Assembly (NCBI GenBank): GCA_024644125.1
Contig: JAHELQ010000002.1
Location: forward strand, 1-40,508
DNA: 40,508 bases
Origin: Candidatus Aminicenantes bacterium
GTDB lineage: Bacteria > Acidobacteriota > Aminicenantia > UBA2199
Direction of reading: 5' to 3'
Below the pieces are notes generated by a model. The model did no database searches and was not told the DNA's origin. It worked only from the letters and a program-made list of their open reading frames with translations. A program made the position numbers and the translations under genes. Below, in pieces: positions 33,782 to 40,508 of the stretch. The first letter of the stretch is position 1. Each line of letters starts with the position of its first letter.

Positions 33782-35615
33782 CACTCACGAATCTTGGATC
33801 AACTAAAAGCTTTTTATCCAAACGCTTAGCCTCATCAAATTGCGTTTTTGGGGAAGGAAAATCTTGACTGATATAATAGATTGTTTTGCCCTCCTTAGCG
33901 AGAGTGTGCAAGAATTCCATTAGGTTTTTTTCTAATTCCCTCGAAGTACCTTTGGCAAAATCGTCAATTATATACACGCGCTTTTCTTCGCTGAGTACTA
34001 ACGCGCCTATTGCTTTATCTAATAGTTCAGAATCTTTTTCCCGCAGAGACGCCCCAAAATAGCGCTCAAGATTAGACGTAAATGTCTTGAACTCTACCCC
34101 ACGGAGCTCTGATAGAAACTCAAAGAGAGTCTTAATATTTATCTCTTCAAGAATTTCTTTAACCCTATATTTTTTCAATAATGCGATCGAAGTTGACCAG
34201 ACTATTTGTGAGCTTTGTTTTTTCCACTTATCGCTAATGGCAAGAAAAAATATATACCCTTCTTTCCCATTGCTTTCATTTTCGAGAAAGCCTAATTTAG
34301 AATCAAAGCCAGTTAACTTATTGATTAATCTCCAGATTAAAGACATACTGATAACAAAATAGAACAAGCAAAAGGTCACGCCATATATCAAAAGCCCTGA
34401 AAGTTTACTTTTTGATCGATAAATATATTCATTGGTTTTTTGAAATAAGGCCTGTACGGGTTCATTTCTCCTAAAACGTTTTTCAATGTAGTATTCATGG
34501 AATTTAGTGCGAATTTCAAACACATAATCTAAATATGATAAGTATGAAGAATAACCCGTTCCTGATAATTCTGTCGCCATTTTAGATGCAAAAACCCAGG
34601 GAAATACACCTGCGTAAGAACGATGATATTTTACTATCCCTCTGAGAGATGCTACAAATTTTTCTTCAAGAATATCATTTCTTTTTTTTGTTTTTTTAAT
34701 ATAGCGGTCGGCCATTTCGCCCATTTTTTCCTGTATACCACTTTCACCTTTTTCCTTCATCTTCCGCAAAACTTCAAGCGCTTCGCGCTCAAATTTCATT
34801 GAATTGCTTATTTTTTGAATATTGATCGATTCTATATTTGGAAGTCCCCTAGCTTTAATTCGTACCAGATTTTTTGCAACACCCGGAATAATAATTACAC
34901 AAAAAAGAAATAACGCAAGTGATACATAGTAAGCATTCTTTTTCCAGCGAAAGATAAGCATCAGTAGAAATCCCAAAACATACATGAGGTTTACGACCAA
35001 GATAAATATCAGTATTACGATTAAATAATGTAAATATTCATTCCCAGTAAAACTTATTTTCTGAATTAATGGAACAATTATTGGTATAAAAGAAATTACT
35101 AAAAAAATAATATCCAATAAAACTAATCTGAAAAAAACTAGCAGTAGAATTGCGCTTTTCTTGCGTAGTAGCTCACAGAGATCGTTACTACCAATTGCCG
35201 TCAAGCCCATATACAACATTATAATACCGCCAAAAAACAAAAAGATTTCTGTGATATCTAGTCCAGAATTGAAAAGGTTTTTGCCTCGCGTCGCTTGAAA
35301 TACATCTACAGTTTCCTTTGTATTTATTTCAGACATCATTTGTTTATTTAGAATTGATTGTGAAAAGAACATTGCCAGGGGGGAGGGGCGCGACATAACA
35401 CGAAAACCATACGCCCCATATTGCTCATATGTAAAATATTTTTTGATCTTCAGCTCTTCAAACTGACAGAAATTTTTCTCCTTCTGAAGATAATCTTTCC
35501 AACTTTCCACCCCTGACCATGCGGAAAAAACTAGCATTATTGTGAATATAATAAATAGAATTCTATTTCTATAATTTACGAGCCTCCTTAATTCAAATTT
35601 AATAACGATTTTCAT
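33774..35615 (-). CDS. Multi-pass membrane protein: ABC-2-like permease region, seventh TM helix, then a C-terminal degenerate ABC-ATPase-like domain
   Basis: Topology is TM1, a ~90-aa loop, five closely spaced TM helices, a ~150-aa helical region, TM7, and a ~185-aa tail. The tail has a Walker-B/D-loop/H-loop-like string KRVYIIDDFAKGTSRELEKNLMEFLHTLAKEGKTIYYISQD. The Walker A position reads GYIFFLAISDKWKKQSS, with no glycine-rich loop. There is no LSGGQ signature. Confidence 0.7.
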   Translation of the reverse strand: MKIVIKFELRRLVNYRNRILFIIFTIMLVFSAWSGVESWKDYLQKEKNFCQFEELKIKKYFTYEQYGAYGFRVMSRPSPLAMFFSQSILNKQMMSEINTKETVDVFQATRGKNLFNSGLDITEIFLFFGGIIMLYMGLTAIGSNDLCELLRKKSAILLLVFFRLVLLDIIFLVISFIPIIVPLIQKISFTGNEYLHYLIVILIFILVVNLMYVLGFLLMLIFRWKKNAYYVSLALFLFCVIIIPGVAKNLVRIKARGLPNIESINIQKISNSMKFEREALEVLRKMKEKGESGIQEKMGEMADRYIKKTKKRNDILEEKFVASLRGIVKYHRSYAGVFPWVFASKMATELSGTGYSSYLSYLDYVFEIRTKFHEYYIEKRFRRNEPVQALFQKTNEYIYRSKSKLSGLLIYGVTFCLFYFVISMSLIWRLINKLTGFDSKLGFLENESNGKEGYIFFLAISDKWKKQSSQIVWSTSIALLKKYRVKEILEEINIKTLFEFLSELRGVEFKTFTSNLERYFGASLREKDSELLDKAIGALVLSEEKRVYIIDDFAKGTSRELEKNLMEFLHTLAKEGKTIYYISQDFPSPKTQFDEAKRLDKKLLVDPRFVSVR

Positions 35616-35624
35616 TTATTTATT

Positions 35625-36287
35625 CTAGTCCTGGCAGTTTTCTTCCGTTGAGATTTCAAGTATTTCTCTCCCAATGCGGGTAGCATAGTTGCCATACATT
35701 GTCGCATGAGACATTAACTCAACCAATTCCCACATTTTTGCTTTATCTGGTTTTTCATTTCTATTTAATGCGGCCTCAATTGCAGCGAGACACACAATAA
35801 TACTGTCTACATTTGCTATATTTTTGGCGTGGATCGCAATTATATCGCCTTGTACAAGTTTATTCTTCAATTCTGTCGCAATAACTGTATTCATGTTTTT
35901 CGCGCTTATAAAACCTTCATAGTCAAAGGCCAAAAACTTTTGGAGTCGCATTTCATTATATCCTATCTTTTCTCCAATTTGCTTCGCAGTTGAGTATAAT
36001 TCTCTTGCTTTTTTCATTTCAGTAATTGCAAGTAAGATATAATTTTTCATTGTTTGCTGGTCAAGCATTCTTAGTTCTGCTCGCTCATATTCGGCACATG
36101 CCAACATAATATATCCTTGTGATGAAAGAAAACGGGCTGCACCCTCGACTATGCTTTCATTCATGTCAACTTTTTCTGCCCCCGTCCGAAAGGGGCATAT
36201 AATATCATTCATTACCATTACTCCAGGCATTTGGAGTGCAAATATCAATATGCTAATTAAGACTATCGCGTTTTTTCGCGTATTCAT
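35625..36287 (-). CDS. Secreted or N-terminally anchored all-helical protein (220 aa), first gene of the cargo operon
   Basis: The preferred start is ATG 36287 (MNTRKNAIVLISILIFALQMPGVMV, a signal-like peptide), with a perfect AAGGAGG SD sequence 8 nt upstream. The longer ORF start at 36359 would overlap the predicted promoter. Confidence 0.65.
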   Translation of the reverse strand: MNTRKNAIVLISILIFALQMPGVMVMNDIICPFRTGAEKVDMNESIVEGAARFLSSQGYIMLACAEYERAELRMLDQQTMKNYILLAITEMKKARELYSTAKQIGEKIGYNEMRLQKFLAFDYEGFISAKNMNTVIATELKNKLVQGDIIAIHAKNIANVDSIIVCLAAIEAALNRNEKPDKAKMWELVELMSHATMYGNYATRIGREILEISTEENCQD

Positions 36288-36330
36288 TTTAATATCCTCC
36301 TTAGTAATTATCTTTATTCTACCTTTTGTT

Positions 36331-36359
36331 ATTTTAAGTAAATTCTCTTTTTCTTTCAA
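36331..36359 (-). promoter_or_regulatory. Sigma70-like promoter of the cargo operon: TTGAAA-17 nt-TAAAAT
   Basis: The reverse complement reads TTGAAAgaaaaagagaatttactTAAAAT, about 45 nt upstream of the SD sequence and ATG at 36287. Confidence 0.45.
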
Positions 36360-36804
36360 TGGGAAATTCTATTTTTTTTTTCCCACTTATTTGGGATATT
36401 ACATACAAGCGTGGGAACCATTCTAATGTTTATTTTTATCTCTATTTTTATTCTATTTTCTTTCTTAATGGGCTTTTTCGTTGGTTCCCATGCTACCCGC
36501 TTCCTAAAGACGTTCGATTTTAACATTACGGCTCCTTTTTCTTTCTCTGCCCTTTTTTCCGCGTTTTGTTTGTTTTTAACTTAGTTCCGCACCCCAAGAA
36601 GCCCCTTTCCTTTTTATTCCCCGATTTACCTTTTTATAGCTTGCGTTTGAACGGTTTTTAAAAGAGTTTTAATAGTCGCAATTCCTTTGACCTCCCGTCC
36701 ACCATTTTTCCACTATTCCCACACCCCGCAAATCCGCTTTATACCAATTGTTCCCCCAGATCACAAGCCCATTTTCAACCAATTTTATAAAGTATCATTC
36801 TATA

Positions 36805-39800
36805 TTACCCCCTATATGAAGACTGCCGGTAGAATTCCTGTTGGGGCGCCGGGGGGATCGTGTCGTGGATTTCCGTGACCTGCGCCGCGATATACCTGCT
36901 CAACGCCCGGAGGGTTTGGGTCTCGAAAATTTCCGCCAGAGGTATTTTTACCGAAAGCTCTTTATGTACCATGGCAAGCATGATTGTGGCCTTCAACGAA
37001 TGGCCGCCCAGGTGGAAAAAATTGCTGTCCATACCGATGCTCTCCGGCGAGACGGCCAATACTTCGGACCACATGGCCGCGAGCCTGCATTCCAGCTCGC
37101 TGCGGGGGGGGTCCGCCGGGCTGTCTAAAATATCGATGCGAGGTTCTGGTAACGCTTTCCGATCCACTTTGTTACTGGTATTGAGCGGGAGACTCTCCAA
37201 TTGCATAAAATAGGCGGGAATCATGCAATCGGGTAATTTCATTCCCAGATACTCCCGCAATTCCTGAGCCGGAACCGTAACCGCCGAGACAAAATAGGCG
37301 CAGAGATAACAATCGCCGTCATCCCGTTTCCGGTCCACAACCACCACTGCGGATATATCCTCACGGTTCAGGAGCAAGGACTCGATCTCCTGCAACTCGA
37401 TTCTGAAGCCGCGAATCTTGACCTGGGAATCCACCCTGCCCAGGAATTCCACATCGCCCTCTTCCAGGAACCGGGCCAGATCCCCGGTTTTGTAAACGAT
37501 GTCCCCCCCGGCAAACGGATGGGGGATAAATTTTTCCGCGGTCAGGTCCGGATTGTTCAGATACCCTCTCCCCAATCCCTTGCCTCCGATATACACTTCT
37601 CCAAAAACTCCAACGGGCGCCGGCCGTAACCGCCGGTCCAGAATATACACCGTGGTGTTGGAGATGGGTTTGCCGATGGGAATGGTGCCCGAGCGCCCAT
37701 CGACCTCATCCACCGGATAATAGGTCGCATACACCGCGCTTTCGGTAGGGCCGTACATATGAATGAGCCGTCCCTTGCCCAACCGTCCCAGCACCTTGCG
37801 GACATGAGTCGCCGATACCTTCTCGCCGCCGAATAAAATCTTGCGCACACAATCCAGACAGTCAATTTCATAATCGGCCAATACATTGAATAACGCTGTA
37901 GTGACTAAAAAGACAGACACGGCCTCTTTTTTCAAGGCGGCGGCGATATGACTCGCCGACTGGGCCTCGCTCTGCTTCGCCAGCACCAGCGCCGCGCCGT
38001 TGAGAAATGCTGCGAAAATGTCGAACACCGACCCGTCAAAGGCATAGTTGGACAATTGCAAGAGCCTGTCCCCCTCTCCAATATCAATATAATTGGTATT
38101 CCGGGCAATCCGGATGACATTGGCGTGAGTGATGAGAGTCCCTTTGGGCTTGCCTGTGGTGCCGGAAGTGTAAATCACATAGGCTAGATCCCCTGCGTCA
38201 CCGTGCGTCATGGAATTTCTGACGCGAAATACATCCGAGCATTCATCGAGATTGAAAACCTCAGCGGGAATATCGCCGTGAAGTTCGAAGGGGCGGCTAC
38301 TATGACCCAGTACCAGCGACACTCCACTGTCCCGCAACATAAAACCGGTCCGTTCCACCGGGAAATCCGGGTCCAGAGGCAAATAGGCGCCGCCGGCCCG
38401 CAAAATCGCCAGAATCGCGATCATCATGTCTATAGACCGGGGCAAACACACCGCCACTAACGAATCACTGCGCACGCCTTTGTTTCCCAGCACAACCGCC
38501 AATAATTCCACCCGCAGGAAGAGTTCGCTGTAGGTTAGTTGTATCCAGTCGCCGCGATCCCCCGCATCCAATGCGACACCGCTTATGGCCGCGCGGTCGG
38601 GAAACCGCGCCACAGTTTCGCCGAACAATTGTGAAATGGTCTTGTGGGCTGGGTAATCTGTCCGGGTTTGGTTGAACTCCTGGATGACACGAAACGTTTC
38701 CTCCTCGTCCATGAGTTCAGTCTCGTCCAGAAGAAGCAAATCAGATTCCGCTACCTGCCGGATGACATTCCGCAGATGACGGGCGAAGCGCAGGATAGTT
38801 CCGCGCTTGAACAGCCGGGTGCAATATTCCAATTGGAAGTGCACCCGCCCATCGGATTCTTCGACAAATATCGTGAGGTCGAATTTGGCGCTGACGCTTT
38901 CGCAATCAACCGGTTGCAGCCGGAGGCCTCGCATGGCGATATCCGGCCGCCTGTAATTTTGCACCACCATCACCACGTCGAACAATGGATTGCGGGAGGG
39001 ATCCCTCTCCAGTTTCAGTTGATCTACCAGAGCTTCGAATTGCACATCCTGGTTTTCGAAGGCCTTGATGCAACGGCCCTTCACCTCCGATAAAAACTCG
39101 TTGAACGGTAAATCTCCACGCGGAGAATTCCGCATCGCCAGCATATTGATGAACATTCCGATGATATGGTGCAAATCCGCGTGGGGCCGCCCCATAACAC
39201 CCGTCCCCAGCACGATATCCTCCTGCCCCGTATACTTGAAAAACACAAGATTCAGGACCGCCAGTAAGTTCATATACAGGGTTATACCGTACCTGTCCCC
39301 CAGCCGGCTGAAATGGTTTGCCAGCTCCGGTTCCAGACTGAAGCGGTAACTCTCCCCGTCGTGCCCCTGGATGTCCGGCCTGGGGAAATCCAGCGGCAAG
39401 TCGAGCTTTGGTATAACTCCGTCAAATTGCCCCAACCAATAATCCACCTGCCGGCGGATCCGCGGCGTGATGGAGTTTTGCCAGAGGGAAAAATCCCTGT
39501 ATTGGACCTTGAGGGGATCCAGGTCATCGCCATTGTAGAGGCGGGCCAATTCCTCGATAAAAACTGCCAGCGAGGTTCCGTCGCTGACAATATGATGAAT
39601 ATCGTAAATAAAAAGCCACCGTTCATTGGGCAAAAGAGCGAAGCCAGCCCTCAGGAGCGGGGCCTTCGCGAGGTCGAAGGGACGGACAAACCGGTCGATC
39701 ATTATCTGGATGTCCTCATCGCCAGCAGGCGGGGGCATCTGCCCCTCCGGCGATTGCCGCTCGTCGATCCATGTCCCGGGATTCGGGTGGTACCATTCGA

Positions 39801-40508
39801 TGGAGATGTCCACGTGCGGAGCCACCTTTTGAACAGGTTCTTGCCCAACGAATGCGAACGAGGTTCGCAGGGTTTCATGACGGGCGGTCAACGCTCGCAA
39901 GGCGTGCTTCCAACGGGGAAGATCGAGCTCCCCCTCACCTCTGTACACCACGGGAATGTTGTAACTCTGGCTAATGTTTTCGAATTGATCCAATATGAAC
40001 ATCCGCTTTTGGGCGGACGTTTGCGGGTAATATTCCCTTTTCTCCAGAGGCTGGATCCCCTGGTAGATATCCCGGCCGGAGGCGGCGATAAAACCGGACA
40101 ATCGGCGGATGGTGGGTTCCTTGAAGATCGCGGCCAACGGTACCTTGACATCGAATTCTTTATGAATGCGGGAAACCAGGACAGTCGCCTTCAACGAATG
40201 CCCCCCCAAATCGAAGAAGCTGTCGTCGATACCGATTACACGCTTCTCCAACTTCAGCACCTCTCCCCAGATCTCCTGCAATTTGCGGTCCGTCCAATGA
40301 CGGGGAGGCGCATAGGAAGCCTCCGATGTCACTTGCGGCTCAGGCAGCCGGCCGCGGTCGATTTTGCCATTGGCATTCAGAGGGAACTTTTCCAATTGGA
40401 CAAAAAAAGCGGGAATCATAAAATCGTGCAGATGGAAAGAGAGAAACTCCTTCAACGCCACAGTGTCCAATTGCGTCCGCGCCACAAAATAGGCGCACAA
40501 CGTCTTGT
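36805..40508 (-). CDS. Non-ribosomal peptide synthetase fragment: (A C-terminal end)-T-C-A-T, then the first ~10 residues of a further C domain followed by a stop
   Basis: Two T-domain motifs are present: FFDLGGHSLKAT and FFHLGGHSLKAT. C-domain motifs are YPQTSAQKRMF and HHIVSDGTS. A-domain motifs are LAYVIYTSGTTGKPKG, FDGSVFDIF, MYGPTES, GEVYIGGKGLGRGY, YKTGDLAR, KIRGFRIELQEIE and NKVDRKALP. The frame continues past the window edge (KTLCAYFV). The region is GC-rich. Confidence 0.9.
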   Translation of the reverse strand, partial: KTLCAYFVARTQLDTVALKEFLSFHLHDFMIPAFFVQLEKFPLNANGKIDRGRLPEPQVTSEASYAPPRHWTDRKLQEIWGEVLKLEKRVIGIDDSFFDLGGHSLKATVLVSRIHKEFDVKVPLAAIFKEPTIRRLSGFIAASGRDIYQGIQPLEKREYYPQTSAQKRMFILDQFENISQSYNIPVVYRGEGELDLPRWKHALRALTARHETLRTSFAFVGQEPVQKVAPHVDISIEWYHPNPGTWIDERQSPEGQMPPPAGDEDIQIMIDRFVRPFDLAKAPLLRAGFALLPNERWLFIYDIHHIVSDGTSLAVFIEELARLYNGDDLDPLKVQYRDFSLWQNSITPRIRRQVDYWLGQFDGVIPKLDLPLDFPRPDIQGHDGESYRFSLEPELANHFSRLGDRYGITLYMNLLAVLNLVFFKYTGQEDIVLGTGVMGRPHADLHHIIGMFINMLAMRNSPRGDLPFNEFLSEVKGRCIKAFENQDVQFEALVDQLKLERDPSRNPLFDVVMVVQNYRRPDIAMRGLRLQPVDCESVSAKFDLTIFVEESDGRVHFQLEYCTRLFKRGTILRFARHLRNVIRQVAESDLLLLDETELMDEEETFRVIQEFNQTRTDYPAHKTISQLFGETVARFPDRAAISGVALDAGDRGDWIQLTYSELFLRVELLAVVLGNKGVRSDSLVAVCLPRSIDMMIAILAILRAGGAYLPLDPDFPVERTGFMLRDSGVSLVLGHSSRPFELHGDIPAEVFNLDECSDVFRVRNSMTHGDAGDLAYVIYTSGTTGKPKGTLITHANVIRIARNTNYIDIGEGDRLLQLSNYAFDGSVFDIFAAFLNGAALVLAKQSEAQSASHIAAALKKEAVSVFLVTTALFNVLADYEIDCLDCVRKILFGGEKVSATHVRKVLGRLGKGRLIHMYGPTESAVYATYYPVDEVDGRSGTIPIGKPISNTTVYILDRRLRPAPVGVFGEVYIGGKGLGRGYLNNPDLTAEKFIPHPFAGGDIVYKTGDLARFLEEGDVEFLGRVDSQVKIRGFRIELQEIESLLLNREDISAVVVVDRKRDDGDCYLCAYFVSAVTVPAQELREYLGMKLPDCMIPAYFMQLESLPLNTSNKVDRKALPEPRIDILDSPADPPRSELECRLAAMWSEVLAVSPESIGMDSNFFHLGGHSLKATIMLAMVHKELSVKIPLAEIFETQTLRALSRYIAAQVTEIHDTIPPAPQQEFYRQSSYRG

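Larger units (their letters stand above)
918..36816. mobile_element. Mu-like transposable prophage with a siphovirus tail module; these are outer limits and the exact ends are unresolved
   Basis: MuA/MuB-like pair, Gam/GemA/Mor-like early genes, Mu-type head genes (DUF935 portal, MuF, gpI, DUF1320, gpG), no integrase, and one long co-directional gene array. AT-richer DNA is bounded by GC-richer broken host genes at ~918-966 and ~36681-36816. Confidence 0.75.

Noticed and set aside
36380-36417. Inverted repeat TTCCCAC...GTGGGAA next to a T10 run
   Set aside because: The loop is 24 nt, and the T-run precedes rather than follows the stem on the plus strand (an A-run on the minus transcript). 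It is not a credible intrinsic terminator.
36687-36878. 63-aa plus-strand ORF spanning the spacer/NRPS junction
   Set aside because: It crosses the junction into antisense NRPS sequence and has no SD sequence. It is Pro-rich and shadow-like.
36841-39974. Many 60-150-aa ORFs on both strands within the NRPS
   Set aside because: GC-rich DNA keeps off-frames open, and only the long frame carries A, T and C domain motifs.
1-40508. CRISPR arrays, tRNA/rRNA genes, integrase/recombinase genes, and reverse transcriptase/DGR elements
   Set aside because: No regularly spaced repeats, cloverleaf-like segments or corresponding protein motifs were seen on either strand. This was a visual scan only, so small RNAs could have been missed.

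Overview
Almost the whole window is a ~36 kb Mu-like transposable prophage, with nearly every gene on the minus strand. From right to left it has four parts. First is an AT-rich immunity and cargo island: an XRE repressor with a translationally coupled 208-aa ORF, convergent with a two-gene membrane/secreted operon. Second is an early operon: leaderless Cro/Ner-like gene, unknown ORFs, an orphan HslV-like Ntn hydrolase, MuA-like DDE transposase, MuB-like AAA+ ATPase, Gam-like, C5 DNA methyltransferase, GemA-like and Mor-like genes. Third come a lysis cassette and a Mu-type head module: TerS, TerL, a DUF935 portal fused to a MuF domain, gpI protease/scaffold, capsid, DUF2190, DUF1320 and gpG-like genes. 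Fourth is a siphovirus-type tail: tube, G/GT chaperone with a -1 frameshift, and a 1435-aa tape measure. The tail continues with two tail-tip proteins. The late operon ends in an accessory block: a secreted FG-GAP beta-propeller, a radical SAM enzyme and a PP-loop/PAPS-reductase-like gene. Both flanks are broken, unrelated host genes. On the left is the C-terminal third of a TonB-dependent-receptor-like barrel. On the right is an NRPS (A-T-C-A-T) cut a few codons into its next condensation domain. I found no matching target-site duplication, so the exact prophage ends are unresolved. The candidates most worth follow-up as undescribed systems are the lysogen-side cargo operon (33774-36287) together with the repressor-coupled ORF, the orphan HslV-like protease upstream of the transposase, and the radical-SAM/PP-loop block. 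That block sits where Mu carries mom. All family assignments come from motif recognition by eye; no searches were run.
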